A stretch of 64,000 bases of DNA. Origin: Octopus bimaculoides. Its lineage: Eukaryota. Position numbers and translations under genes: made by a program. The stretch spans positions 1,983,574 through 2,047,573 of the forward strand of contig NC_068998.1 in the NCBI RefSeq assembly GCF_001194135.2, given 5' to 3'. Shown in pieces: positions 1 through 13,926 of the stretch. Within the stretch, counting starts at the first letter, position 1; each line of letters opens with the position of its first letter. The notes under the pieces were generated by a model. That model was given only the letters and a program-made list of their open reading frames with translations. It was not told the DNA's origin and searched no databases.

Positions 1-291
1 AAAGATTCCCAGAGTTATTGGTTGGTGTTGATCGAGACCACAATATTTGTTGCTTTAAAAACAATGACCTCCAAATTCCAATTCAGACACTTTAATGATA
101 ACAAAACATTTTCTGATAAGACTAAATTCATTCTTAGGTAAGAGATAACATTATTTCCCACGATACATATATGTGTCTGTGTGTGTGTACATTATATATA
201 TATATATATATATATATAATGTACAAATTTACTACATTAAAATGTGAATTGTTACAAACACCCATATGTTTTATAGTGTATAAGCATACGT

Positions 292-332
<41 letters not shown>

Positions 333-427
333 AAAATGAGGTAGTTGTTTCAAACCAAGTTTAAAAATAAGGTTGGAACATTTACTGTTGAAGTAACTAT
401 TCTTGGAGTCAATTTTATTGTATAGAT

Positions 428-477
<50 letters not shown>

Positions 478-479
<2 letters not shown>

Positions 480-720
480 GGGCATGTGGCCTAGTGGTTA
501 GGGGGTTGCCCTCATGAGATTGTGGGTTCAGTTCCTGGACTAGGTGGTGCATTTTGTTCTTCACTTTGACATCTGATGTGTAGCACACTTGTGCACCCGT
601 ACGGGCAATGTCAATATGATGCAGAGAGAGAACTAGCAGGCTGCACAAACATTTGATGACTATAAACAAGTCGTTTTTGCAGGTTGTTTCAGCAAAAAAC
701 TGCAGAAACCACATCTGTTG
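478..720 (+). mobile_element. tRNA-derived SINE (family A/E), decayed
   Basis: Head ggcatgtggcctagtggttaggg...gggttcagttcctggac, similar to the copy at 38483. Confidence 0.6.
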
Positions 721-1394
721 TTTATGAAGGGAGATTGCATCTTATATATCATGGGGGAGGGGTGTATGTATATATCTCTAAATACACACACACAGATATA
801 TGACAGTCATAACATCTGACCATGTATGAAGACAAACACCAAGTAACCTTATTGTTTCATTGAGTTCTTTTCTTTACTGTAGACTACACACACAGACACA
901 CACACACACACACATCTAGATAGATATACAAACATCTCAATATATTATTGAGAGAGACAGAGTTATGTAGATAGCCAAAGTAATTATAAATTATTGGTTT
1001 GCTCTGCATGTATCTATTCCCTCAGCTCATGGCAAAAATATTCAAGGCTGACTTATAATTAAAGTCACTAATTTATCAGCCAATACTCTTATCAATGAAG
1101 CTGTTTGATTAAATCCAATTTAGGTTTACTAATTATGGGTTGGTACATCTCATATACAACAGGGCTGGTGGTATGTTGTGTGTGAGGGTGATGGGGAGAG
1201 AGCGGGCAGTGTGCTATGTCACTGTTAAAGGTCCAGTGTGTTGCATCATGGTTAGAGCCAATAGGGGTGTGTTGTGGTTAGGGCCAGTGGTGGTGGTGTG
1301 TCGTGATTAGCGCCGGTAGTGGTTTATCATGTGGTTGGGAGTCGGTGACAGTGTGTGGGGGTTTGACAAGAGATGGTATTAATATGTTGCAGCA

Positions 1395-1560
1395 GTAGAG
1401 TTGTTAGCACACCGGGCAAAACGCTTAACAGTATTTCATTTCTCCTTACGTTCTGAGTTCCACCAAATTCCACCAAAATCGACTTTGCCTTTGGGTGGGG
1501 GATGGGGTAATAAAATAAGTACCAACTGAGCACTGGGGCTGGTGTAATCGACTTATTCCC
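1395..1560 (+). mobile_element. SINE family D (gttagcac...ttctgagttc...gactttgcctt)
   Basis: Shares core with more than 10 other copies in the window. Confidence 0.65.
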
Positions 1561-1991
1561 TCTCCAATGTACACTTCTGCTGCATAGTTGCATTTGCATC
1601 CAGCTATTGTTAACTGGGTAGCAATCAAGGAAGCTTTATTCAAGGTTTCTCCACAGATGTGGTCTGAAGCAAACTAACTCACGGATGTTTGATTAATGTT
1701 ATTCTGCTAAGTTACAATAGTTTTTGAGAGAAGAATGGGGGTGGTAGGAACTTAATATGGCTGATAGAAAATTCTCTATGGTTGACCGCAACCCGACCTT
1801 AGGTTTAAGTTCTAAATGAGATTCTTACACCTGTAAGTAGGTCAAAGTGTATTTTTGCAATCCTAGTCTTTGGTGGTCCAAGTTTGTGATCTTCCAGTAT
1901 TAAGCTGGCTATTAAATTAGATTAATTAAATCTATGAGGTACGAAGAACTTATTTATGATGCTAATTCAAAATTTTCTTTGTACACACACA

Positions 1992-2137
1992 GTGGGCTTC
2001 CACAGTTTCCATCCACCAAATTCACTCACAAGGCATTGGTCGATCCACTGCCATAGCAGAAGCCACTTGCCCAAGGTATCGCACAGTGTGACTGAACCTA
2101 AAACCACAGAGTCGCAAAGCAAAGGTCTTAACCACAC
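1992..2137 (-). mobile_element. SINE family B head fragment
   Basis: Reverse complement of the ...aaccacatggttc...cttgggcaagtg...ttgtgagtg...gaaactg core. Confidence 0.6.
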
Positions 2138-2934
2138 AACAACACCTGTATCCACAACGTGCTTCTCACAAATCAGCAGACCCATGATTCCAATTGTTAA
2201 AGGTCAAGTAGCACTATAAAGTGAGGATATGTATTGGGCATCTGTGCAGAGGCTATGTATGAAAACACACTTCAAGCCAGCTGACCAACCAATCAACCAA
2301 GTGACCCCAACCTATTCTTATAAAACACAAGGGCAGCAGCCAGGTAACATGTGACATTACAAAAGGAAATGCTTTTTTCTGGCCTCCATGACATAACGGG
2401 CAGCAGAGTTGCAGTGATTTCCTTACAAAGCAATAAACTGACTTTGATCGACACTTTAATATTCATTTTTCTTATCCAAAACGATTATAATTGTTTCACG
2501 TGTCCTCCCCCGATTGATTGATTGATTGATTTCACCTGTAAAATGCCCACTAATGCTATCTCCTCTCACTACAATCACACTTCTTTTTTTTTCTTTATCG
2601 ATTACCAAGAAAATATAATGAAAATATTACAGAAACTACAAAAAAAAAACATATACAAAAAACAAAAAAATTTATTGGTAATCAATAAAAAGCAGACATG
2701 TGGTGGTATAAAGCTGGGATGTTTTACTAGTTTATATCCAGTATTGTAGAGAGAGAGAGAAAGAGAGAGAGAAAGAGGGAGAGATGTAATTTTAGGAGCT
2801 GTGAAGAATGTGAAGGAAATGCATTTAGTGTTGGTTTGAAATTAAATGGACAGAAATGCAGAGAAGAACAAAGCTGTTTCTTATCTTAAAAGTAATTTCA
2901 CTACCAAATAGAAAAAAAAATATATGTACACATT

Positions 2935-2967
<33 letters not shown>

Positions 2968-3055
2968 NNNNNNNNNNNNNNNNNNNNNNNNNNNNNNNNN
3001 NNNNNNNNNNNNNNNNNNNNNNNNNNNNNNNNNNNNNNNNNNNNNNNNNNNNTAT

Positions 3056-3091
<36 letters not shown>

Positions 3092-3654
3092 ATTATATAT
3101 ATATATATTATATATATATATATTATATATATATATATATTATATATATATATATATTATATATATATATATATAGGCATACATCATATTTCTGCATTAC
3201 ACCACAAGGACATTGTCTCTCAATCTGCTGGTGGTGGTGGTGGTGGTGGTAATACTAGTGGTTATGGGTGATTATGATGTCAGAAGCCCTTAGTCAGGGT
3301 GGAGTCAATGATGGAGTGATTTTTCTATAGGAGTGTGGTGGTGATGGTGGTAGTAGTAATGGTGGACGTAGTAGCAACAATGGTAGTAGTGGTGGTGATA
3401 ATAGTATAATGTAATTTGGCAGGCAGCAGTGATGGTGGAGGAGGTCTCAGTAGTGTCGCGGTGACGGTAGTTTTAGTAGCGTTGTGGAGTTGGTATTAAT
3501 GATGCCAATAGCAGTTGTGGTCACGGTCAAAGTAATAGTGATGCCCACTATGTTGGCCAAAAGGATCAACTTGGCAAAGGTGAAGCTGTTACAGTTGCTT
3601 AGCAACCAGGCATGCCCTGACTGAGAAGACCAATGATCAAAGCTGCTTCATTCA

Positions 3655-4050
3655 CAAATCACCATCATTTAACGTCTGTTGTCCATGCTGGCATGGGTTG
3701 GACGGTTTGACTGGGCTGGCATGGTAGAAGGCTGTACCAAACTCCAGTTTGATTTCGCATGGTTTTCTATGGTCAGATGCTCTTCCTAATGCCAACCACT
3801 CAAGAGTGTAATGGGTGCTTTTAGGTGCCAACAGCACAGGTGCCATTTGAGTGACACGGGGGTGCGTTTATGTACCACTGGCACAGGTGCCAATTTGCAT
3901 GACACCAGTATCTGCCATGACTGCGATTTTGTTCAGCTCGATGGGTCGTCTTCTCAAACGCAACATAATGCCAGACGTGTTGGTCATTACCTCTGGGAGA
4001 CCCAACACTCAAAAGGAACTTGCCGACTTTCCAGACTACATTCTCCTTGC
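3655..4050 (-). mobile_element. RTE-type LINE 3' fragment with (GAT)n-like tail
   Basis: tttaacgtc...ccatgctggcatgggttggacggtttgac core shared with the copies at 10700, 45704 and 62291. Confidence 0.65.
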
Positions 4051-4217
4051 TCTTTCCAGCTTTTTTTTTTAGACATTAAGGGTGTGGTTTGAGGGAGATT
4101 AGGCTACCATTTCTAGCAAGTCCATTGACACTCCAATTGATGTGCTAATAGTAGTAGTCTTTATAGTTATATTAACAAAGACTGACTTGCAGAACTGTGC
4201 AGACCCCCAGTCAGCTG

Positions 4218-4562
4218 GGTGGCAAGAAATTTGCTTCCCAACCACATGGTTCTGGGTTCAGTTCCACTGCATGTCATCTTAGGTAAGTATCATCTACTAT
4301 AGCTGTGGGCCAACCAAAGCCACACAAGTGGATCTGATAGAAACTGAAAGAAATATACACACACCCATATGTGTGTTTGCCCCCCACCACTGATTTACAA
4401 CCAGTGTTGATATGTTTATGTCTTGTGACTTAATGTTTCGGCAAAAGAGCCGGACAGAATAAGCACCAGGCTTGAAAAAGAAATAAGTATCGGGGGTCAG
4501 TTTGTTTGGTGAAAATTCTTTAGGGAAGTACCAACAGCTCCACATCACGACGACTGATTGAA
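4218..4562 (+). mobile_element. SINE family B, near full length
   Basis: ttcccaaccacatggttctgggttcagttccactg head, central microsatellite, tail ...gaataagcaccaggct...ggggtc. Confidence 0.7.
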
Positions 4563-5058
4563 ATAAGGCAGGGTGTCAAAGCAAACAAACCAAAATTCAA
4601 CCCCCCCCACACACACACACATATTCAACATAAACAGTTTATTCACAGAAACAGTGAAACACAAAATCAAATAAAGATTTGTAATTCAATTATTCTTGAA
4701 AGTTTGAAATCCCAAGACAAAAAATAAATGGTAGAGGAAAAATATTTAAGCACCAATTCTATCACAGCCTCAATAACAAGCAAGAGAGAACAATAGGTTA
4801 ATATATACATGTGATGGTGTACACTAATTAAACAATGCAGAAGGCAGTGTAGAATGATGCTCTGAACCAATCGGTGCTACATGCCAAATGTTACCAATTT
4901 AGAACAAATTTTGTTTATTTTTTCATTTATATTTGTTTGAAATATTTTTTTATCTGAGTTTTCTCACACGATGTTAACAATGTGTTTTGTTGGAAATTTT
5001 TTGTTGTTTTATCTGTGTTATTTTAATTAGAATTCTTGAATTATTTCAATTCATTCAG

Positions 5059-5198
5059 ATGGAGTCAACTTTGGTGCAACGACAAAAGAACTGGTTGGAA
5101 CAAAGTCAGTTGAAAAGCTTCTGCAAGGATTCCTATTCGAAGGAATACTTCAGATCATCACTTTGAAAGGTGACATACCACCGCAAGTACCTCATTAA
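5059..5198 (+). CDS. Possible isolated exon of an unidentified gene
   Basis: T-rich tract + ttcag acceptor, then one open frame GVNFGATTKELVGTKSVEKLLQGFLFEGILQIITLK. Either a phase-1 donor AG|gtgac at 5170 (111-nt symmetric exon) or a stop at 5196. No family recognised. Confidence 0.25.
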
Positions 5199-7110
5199 TT
5201 ATAAAGTAATGCTACATATTAATTATATCAGTGGACTGCATCTATCTACCTCCTCACTGTACCTATTCATGAACTAGGTAGTCTGAGCCAGAAAAGTTTA
5301 ATCACCTTGACCAAGATCAGTTAGCAAAACCAAAAATTATCTCACTGTATAAAGATCGTTGACGCTCAGCCACAGGTCAGGAGATTTAGGCTGCTGTTTT
5401 TTAGCAGGTCAAGCAACACTATTAAAACTTTCTGATTGCTTTTTTTTAAATTCAGTATAATAATCAGTTAATAGCAGCAACATAACGAGAGAAACCAAGA
5501 AAGCAAACAAAATCATCATAGATGTGTGTAAGTCGTAATGAAAAAACAGAGAAAGGAAGAGAGGAGACCATTAACATGGTGTCTCACTGTTGTAACTTGA
5601 TTCCGTTCAAGCAGAACAAACTTCTCTCCGTCCCCGTCTTCCTAGCACAGAAAATTCACCAGTAATTCCAAAAATATGCACACCCATTCACAAACCATGG
5701 CTTCCCCCTATCCACCCTTGCTTTAAACATGCCGTACTAAAGACTAAAGAGGTATTAATAATTCTGATGTTAAATTAGAGCAATATTACAGAGCAGTTTC
5801 AACACAGAAAACAGCAACAAAAACAAAAAAAGAACCAGCAGCAGCTGCAACAACAGCAACATGGAAATCGAATAAGATGCACAGCAGAATTACTTGCAAA
5901 ACTGGCAAGGGGCCAACAGAAGTTTGAGAAAGAGGTTGGGGTAGATGTAGGGGCTGATTTAGATCTGAGTCAATATTTCATGGGCACTTTTTATTATTGA
6001 TCCACCTCTCTCAAAAGCCAGTCAACTGAAAGATTAAAAGGGTCAAGTGAACTGCAGTGAAATTGGAACCCAGAACATATCAGGACGGAACTAAATACCA
6101 CAAGGTAAATTATTCTGGGCACTCATTGCCCTCCAGTACTCCCTACCACTGATTTCTAACACAAGTACAACTGCAGGGGCCACTATAGGGGTTGTCTGAC
6201 ATGCTAGAAATAACTCCATGTTACACCCTACCATCTCCATTAGACTAGTGTTTCAGAATCCTTTTAAAATACACTCCTTTGTTTCAATTCATTCTGAAAA
6301 TAAGAGTCACTGAGAAAGTGTTTGAAACATGAATTCACATGAAACTTTGATGGAAGGTTTTGATAATGGTCACTTTAATCCTTTTTTGTTCCCATGTTTC
6401 TGTGGTGATATACTGCCTTTGTTTCAAATGATTTTGAAAAGAATGAAGAATTTAGTCAAATAACTCATTAAGTTAGTATTTGAAAGATAAATAAAATGTT
6501 GATTGGAGATTTGCATTTAGATTAATTTATCACAGAACCAGGAGAAGCTTGCATAGATTGCTTTCAAACAAGTTTCTGAAATTAGATTCCAAGTAACCTT
6601 AGAGTTCTGTGAAAAGAACTGTTTCTGATTTAAGGGGACTTTTTAATAAAATTCAATAGACTTTTAATAAAGCAATTATTCACCATTTTCAAAGTAAGTT
6701 ATTAGATATTTGTCTGTTTTCATGTTTTTATCTTTGAATTGTTTTAGTCATTATAGACACACATACGACACATGCTAACAATACTGGGTTTTCTTTTTTC
6801 AAAAGACAGTGAAACAAGGAAAAAGTTAATGTATTATATAAACCTTCTATCTGATAAACTGTTAATTTATACAAGGACAGGTTTGAAGATCTGTCAACAT
6901 TTATATATATGACCTGTCACCCAGATAAACAGAAATAGTGCAGTGGGGGGGGGGGAGCGCATGATGTGGATTATCTGATTTGATTTTAATATATAGTTGG
7001 CTCCAACTTATCAGATATTGGGCTACTTAACTCTTATCAGATTTTGCTGAACATTTTAGATACTCTCCACCCTTGACCACCACCTCACAAACCAATTTTG
7101 TACAGATTCA

Positions 7111-7338
7111 TTACCCCTTTAGTATTTAAACCAATCATATCCCGCCCAAATACTCAAACTGTTTTATGTTCAAACTAGCCAAATCTGACTTCTCACACCT
7201 ATCCTACAATGTCATTCTAAAGATGAACAATCATGTCACTGAAATCTCAAAACTATGAGAATATGCATGATCAATTGAAAACAACCTGAATAAATAAACG
7301 TTACATTTGAAACAATAATCAGAATACCTAGGGGTTAA
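7111..7338. mobile_element. piggyBac-type MITE (family G)
   Basis: Ends tta(c)cccttag... and ...taggggttaa; internal sequence shared with 16440-16660, 37306-37498 and 62201-62606. Confidence 0.6.
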
Positions 7339-8945
7339 AGGAGTTGTTGATTCCTCTCGCTAGGAAAGGGGACCTTATTCTAGCAGACAGTTGGTAGGGA
7401 AAGCATTTGAGATGTTTTGGCATCAGAGATTGGGTGCTGGCTTAACTGACACCAGACATTTCACTGTCTCTCTCATCCTCTCTTTCTCTATTCCATATGT
7501 GAGCATATTTATCCTGAGAAGAAAGTGGTTATGTCAGTTGCATTCAATTAACAAATTGTAATGTCTCTCTCTGTTACACTGTATCTAAATATTTCACATG
7601 TGTGTGTGTGTGTTTGCCTCTAGTGCCAAAACAGGTTCAATGTCCAGCCAGCCATGCCAACTCCTAATAGAAGTGCCCAATCATCTCATCCCAGTGAGGA
7701 AAACATTTTCAATTTTGAATATTATCTAAACTTTTTGTCTGCTAGAATGTGACCCATATATGGTATTACTGTGTGAATCCCAGTTTTAGAATAGGATGAT
7801 GACAACGTGACACAATTACAATATCGATGAAAGTCAGGTCAGTTGACAGTGGAAGAAGAAAGTCACTGACCAGAACACAGACACCAACATAGCTGCAGTC
7901 TCAATCAACAACCATTCACACCGAGTCAAGGTCAACCATGTCTCTCCCCAGGTTTATACAGGCTGAGGCAAGATTCATTTTTGAGAAAAACTGGCAGTTA
8001 CCCATGTGTACAAGTTTCTACTCTCTACAACACTGGTGTTTATCCAGTAGAAAGGCCATCAAATTGAACCAATATAGCTTGGTAGCAGTGTCACCATATA
8101 GCCATTGCTGCCAGAACACAAAAAGTTAAGAACCACAAGGTACAGCTCTGGCTTGTCAGCTCCTGCCAAACCATCCAACCCATACCAGCATGGAAAACAG
8201 ACACTCCAACTGCAAACTTCTTTTTTTTTCTTTTTTGGTGTGGGGAGGAGTTAACTGAGTTTAGTTGGCTGAGTATACTGTAGAAACCTCACCAATCTCA
8301 CCAGTCTGGGTGGGCCTGAAAAGGTGCCCCACCCCTCCATTCTAACTTGGAAAAAAGAAAAATTACCAAAATCAAAACTAACCGAAATTGTATTCCATTG
8401 AAGATTTACTTCGTGTCTGTGTTCTTTAACATGTCTTTCATCTCACAGAAAGAGATGGAGAGAAAGACAGACAGACAGACAGAAACTGGCAGAAAAGAAA
8501 CAAAAAAATAAACTGAAATCAGTATGCTTCCAATAGAAACAGAAATAAAACAAAAAATGGAAATACCATTTAGAAATTATTAGCCCAACACCAACAGCAG
8601 TATTCTTGCTTTGTCAAAATATACTCAGTGGGATAACACCTATCAGATACATTATGGTTGCCATAGTGGTGGTGGTGGTGGTGGGAGGGAAGGAAGCAGT
8701 TGCAGTAGAAATATCAGAGTATTTGGCATAAAATGTTTGACATTATTTAGTTAATCCTTTTTGCATCTTAAGTTCAAATTCCATTGGAGATAATTTGCCC
8801 TTCATTCTCCTGGGCTGAGAGTGAGGAAAGGTCAATCAAGTACCATTTAAATAATGGTATCAATTCATTTGACTAAGTCCTTCCTCTAAAATATATGGCC
8901 TTCTAGCAACATAAAACATTATTATTATTATTATTATTATTACTA

Positions 8946-9300
8946 AGGTGACAAGCTGGTAGAATTGGCTGGACAAAATGCTGAGCAGTATTTCAGCCAT
9001 CACTACGTCCTGAGTTCAAATCCCACCGGGGTCGACTTAGCCTTTCATCCAACTTCCCTATAACTGCTGGCCTTGTGCCAAAACAAGAAACTACTACTAC
9101 TATCATCATCATCATCATCATCAAGGTGCCAAGTTGGCAGAATCCTTACTGTGCCGAGCAAAATGCTCAGCAGCATTTCATCTTGCCTGATGTTCAAATT
9201 CTGCCAAGGTCGACTTATTCATCTTTTCCGGGTCAATAAACCCCAACACTTTATGTATCTTTGAATTGGCCCCCCTCATCGTCTGCCCTTGTGGCAAATA
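8946..9300 (+). mobile_element. Two adjacent SINE family D copies
   Basis: Each has ...gctgagcag(t/c)atttc...gttcaaat...gtcgactt... Confidence 0.6.
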
Positions 9301-10699
9301 AATTACATCATTATCATTACTCAACATTTGATAGTTTCAGGCAGATTTCTACTGCACCACCTGCTGCACCACCAGGTTGTTGAGGTGTGTGCAGCAATGT
9401 TCTTTGTTGGTGGGAGTGCAAACTCTTCCCAGTATTGTATTGCAACAGTTTTTTTTTGAGTGTGTGTGTGAGGTGTGGTGCAGTCTTTTGCTGTTGTTTT
9501 GTTGGGTATCCACCCTGTAGGGTACATGTTGTGGGGCTGTTTATTTTATTGGATATTTACTGCATGAGTTTGTCTTGTGTTTGCAGATTCTTTTATTTGG
9601 GTTGTATTATTGAATTGATAAGGTCTTGTATAGAATGTGGGCTGTTCCAATTCTTCTTCTTACTATCATTATGCTGGATTAGAATCAATCTGCCAGTTTA
9701 TTTTTAGTTTCACATAATACATTCTGTGTTCAAATTTCACCATTGACAACTTTGTCTTTCATCCCACCAGGTACCAGCCATGTAGGTCCCAGCCATGTAG
9801 GTCCCAGGAACAATTCAACCAACAACACACCCTACTCCCTTATACATACATATACAGTGTGCGTGTGTGTAATCATACCATCATCTGATTCCAGCCAAAA
9901 TTAATAAAAAAAAAATTAGCAGCATACACAGAACATTCCTGTGTTCATGTAGACATTAAAACCAGTAAACTACTAACAGCAGGATTATTAAGCAGCTGAC
10001 ATCGCCAAACACACACACACACACACAGCCACCCCCAACATACAATTTATAAACTGACATAAATCAGGAAGATGTGATGATCAGAGCTGGTGAATGGAAC
10101 GGCACAGCTGCCGAGACATTTCATATATCTGTATGTAAGATGTGTGCATATAAGATATACATAAACATGGTACTATATAAATATATATAAACATCTCATC
10201 ATTGTATTGTTGTTTATTCATGCAATGAGATCATTTCATCATCATCGCTCAACGTCCGTCTTCCATGCTAGCATGGGTGGCACACACACACACACAGAGT
10301 GATGGACTAGTTGGACAGAGACAAGCTTAAAGAAGCTTCTCAGAAGCAAGAATAACAAAGTGCAGCAGCACTTGACTTTTGAAAGAATTTTCTGTCAGCT
10401 GAGATGGTTCCATTTGCAGCTCTCAAAAATTTGTCTTTCAGATTAATAGCCAAAAGCAGAAAGCTTTTATCCCATACATGATTCTTGTCACTAGACACCG
10501 ACGGGGAATGTACTCATGGAATAATGCTACTGGTTCTCATATAACAATGCCTTTTCATATCACAGAGACAGCATATCTAATGCTCATGTGCATTTTATGA
10601 GGTACTCTAGTTGATATAAATTAGACAGGGTACTTCAATTTGTGCGCATTATATAAAGTATTATTATTACAATAATCTGTCACCTGTGATGTTGGGGCT

Positions 10700-11620
10700 G
10701 CTTTCCATGCTGGCATGGGTTGGATGGTTTGACATGGAGCTCGCTAGCAGGGAGCAGTCCAGACTCCAACTGGTTTCTACAGCTGGATGTCCTTCCTAAT
10801 GCCAACCACTTAGAGTGTGCTGGGTGTTTCTTACGCACCAGCAGCATAGGTGTGTTAATGCAGCACTGGCACAGGTGCTTTCAAAGTGACCCCAGCACCT
10901 GTAAAAGGACCGGGCTGTATGTGGGGAAGACAGTGGTTTTACTTAGCTTGATGCGTCTTATCAAGTACAGCAAATTACCACATCTCCTGGTCCCTTGTCA
11001 TTTCTTCAGTGAGACCCACCATCAGAAGATCCTCTCTCACCACTTTGTCTGTTTTCCTGGGTCTACCCCTTCCACAAGTACCCTCCATAATTAGAGCTTG
11101 GCATTTCTTTATGCAGCTGTCCTCATGACCCAACCAGCACAGTCTTCTCTCTTGCACACAACATCCAATGCCTCTAATACCCGGTTCTCCTCTTTCATCA
11201 TTTACACTGTTATGCTTGCACAAACATTGCCCATCCAGCAAAGCATGCTGCTTTCATTTCTTTCAAGCTTTCACAAGTCCTCTGTAGTCAAAGCCCAAGT
11301 TTCATTGCCATGTAACATAGCTGTACATACACAGCCATCATATAATCTCTGAAGGAGAGGTCCTTAGTTACCATAGTTACTCAGTTAATGTAGAAGCTCT
11401 CTCAACTTTGCCCAGCCTCTTATCCAGACAATTATAATTTCAGAACTTCCTCCACCACTGCTAACTTGGTCTCCTAGGTAACAGAAGTAGTATTTGAAGG
11501 GGCCTATTGCCTGTGCATTTTTAGTGCTTATTGCACCTGCGCATTTGCTATACAGACTATATTCTCTGCTAACCTTCCGGTGATACCATTTTTCCGGTGA
11601 TTCCATTTTGCCAGACTATC
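10700..11620 (-). mobile_element. RTE-clade LINE 3' end (degenerate ORF2 C-terminus plus 3' UTR)
   Basis: Minus-strand frames give FCYLGDQVSSGGG...GWAKLRELL and QERRLCWLGH...MEGTCGRGRPRKT..VVREDL...TRD..MW, typical of the RTE ORF2 C-terminus; frameshifted. Confidence 0.8.
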
Positions 11621-12934
11621 AAAAGCACTTGCTTACAGAGACAGCATTGCACTCGTCCACAAGGACAGCGTTGCATTAAAGACAGCATTGCACTCATCCA
11701 CAAACACATCAGATTCCTCCACAAAGACCGTATAGCACTCCTCCACAAAGATAGTATCATATTTCTTTATGTTACAGAGATCGCATCATATTTGTTCACG
11801 AAGATTGCATCAGATTTGTCTGTGATATTACAAAGTGTTGACACAGGTGCCCATGAAATGTCAATTCAATTCAATTACTGATAATGCTGAGTAATGAAAG
11901 AGATCAGGCGTTAGATAGGATTGAATGTGGACTCCTTGTTGCGTAGAGGCAGCTCAGAGATGGTTGTGCATTAGTTTGGAAATATGCTGCAAATTAAGTG
12001 AATATGAAAGAGGTGACATGAGGAGAATGGGAAATTAAGGGTTACGTCTAAAGTGTATGAAATAAGAACCAATCTACAGGTACTAGGGGTCAATATAATC
12101 AACTGTACCCTTGAAGGTGGTACCTCAGTATGGCCATAGTCCAATGACAAACCAGCACAAGGAAGAAAAAAGAGAAAATAGAGAATCAGACAACTGGGAA
12201 GGAAGAGAGAGAGAGAGAAACAGAGACAGACAGACAGAGAGAGAGAGAGAGAGGGTAGAAGAGAGAAAGCAAAAATAAAGATAGAGAGAGATACAGTGAG
12301 AGAGAGACAGACAGACAGAAAGAAAGAGGAGTCTATGAGAGAGAGGTAGAAAGAGAAGGATAAACAAAGAGAGGGAAAGAGAAATGGTCAGGAAGATGGA
12401 AAAAAATTTCAGTTAAACTAAGAATATTATCACAGCCACAATCTGTCCCTGAAAGACAAATCATGTTTCATTGAATGAGGACGATGATGATGATGACGAC
12501 CTTCATCCAGTAATACAACACTATATTAGCAGAAACTCACCAGAAATAGTTGGCTTTTGTTTGCGGAGGGGGTGGGGGTGAGCTTGTGTCTTTTTCTTTT
12601 GTATGTCTTATTTATGTGTTTATTTTACATGATTAGTTTATAACCATATAGACACCCACACATGGTGTCTATGCAATGGTGTAATATCAGGTTCCTGCTG
12701 TTGCTGTATGGGCAACAGAAATACTTCATAAGTGAAGGTAAAGAGGGGGGGGGGCTTGAATCGGAGACAGTGGTCAGGAGGAGGAAGTGAGTGGAGGAGA
12801 GGGGGGCAACATCTCTTTTAATAATGAAGGGCCGTAACGATAATGCACTGTTATAAACGATAAGCATGTGAGGACAAACAGATAGCCAGGGAGAGAGGGA
12901 GAGAGAGACAAAGGTAAACAGACACACAGAAACA

Positions 12935-13250
12935 TACTGGCCCTCTGTCGGTTCCAGCAAAGGGTTCCTTCCAGTTGAACAGTCTACTCAGAACAGTCTA
13001 CTCATGAAATTAATGTGAAAACGGCTGAGCACTCCACAGACATGTGTCTACCCATAACATAGTTCTCAGGGAGATTCAGCATGAACCAGAATGCGACAAA
13101 GCTTTGAATTACAGATACAACTCATTCTTGCCAGCAGAGTGGACTGGAGCAATGTGAGGTAAAGTGTCTTGCTCAAGGACACAACATGCCACCAAGAGTT
13201 GAACTCACAACCTTATGATCGTGAGCTGAAGCCCTAACCACTAAGCCATA
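12935..13250 (-). mobile_element. tRNA-derived SINE (family A/E)
   Basis: Reverse complement of ggcttagtggttaggg...tgagttcaactc...tccttgagcaagacactt; body homologous to 41810-42035. Confidence 0.65.
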
Positions 13251-13424
13251 CACCTACAGACTACAGAAAGATTCACGTCCACACACGCAGACAGATTGCC
13301 AGTGAGACTGTGGACAGATTTTTTAGTGAGAATACACCATAAGGAAACTAACAGCTTGAATAGCTACGATTAGCAATAAAACAGTCATAAAATGATATGT
13401 TATTATAAGAAGAAAAGCAACCTG

Positions 13425-13464
<40 letters not shown>

Positions 13465-13891
13465 AGGAATGGGGAAGGAATTCCAGATCTGGAATTGAAG
13501 AGCCTTAACGTAAACCTAGCACAAACTAAGGTTTAGTAAAGAGGAAAGGAGAAAGGGCCAAAAAGTGTCAGGAAAATGGCCATGCTCAATATACAAAAAA
13601 AAGGAGTTGGCAGAAATTCCATAACAGTGTGTTTGGTGTAAATACTGGCTGTACAAGAGGTGTGGTGGGATTATAAAGTAAAGGTGACCCTTATTCAGGG
13701 AAGGGGTCCAGGTGTGTTAAGTAGGAGAGACACCTGAGGCATCAATTCTCTGAAATGCTAAGGGACTCCCTTGAAATAGTCAACAGTTTCTGTTACCTAG
13801 GTGACTGGTGTTTTGAGGTTTTATTAATCGACTCAAAATACATCTATATCCACACAGACATGATTAAACAAACACACATATACACAAACAT

Positions 13892-13926
<35 letters not shown>

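Noticed and set aside
9774-9807. 15-bp tandem duplication (ccagccatgtaggtc x2); similar 16-bp duplication near 62897-62938
   Set aside because: Ordinary slippage duplications with no further structure
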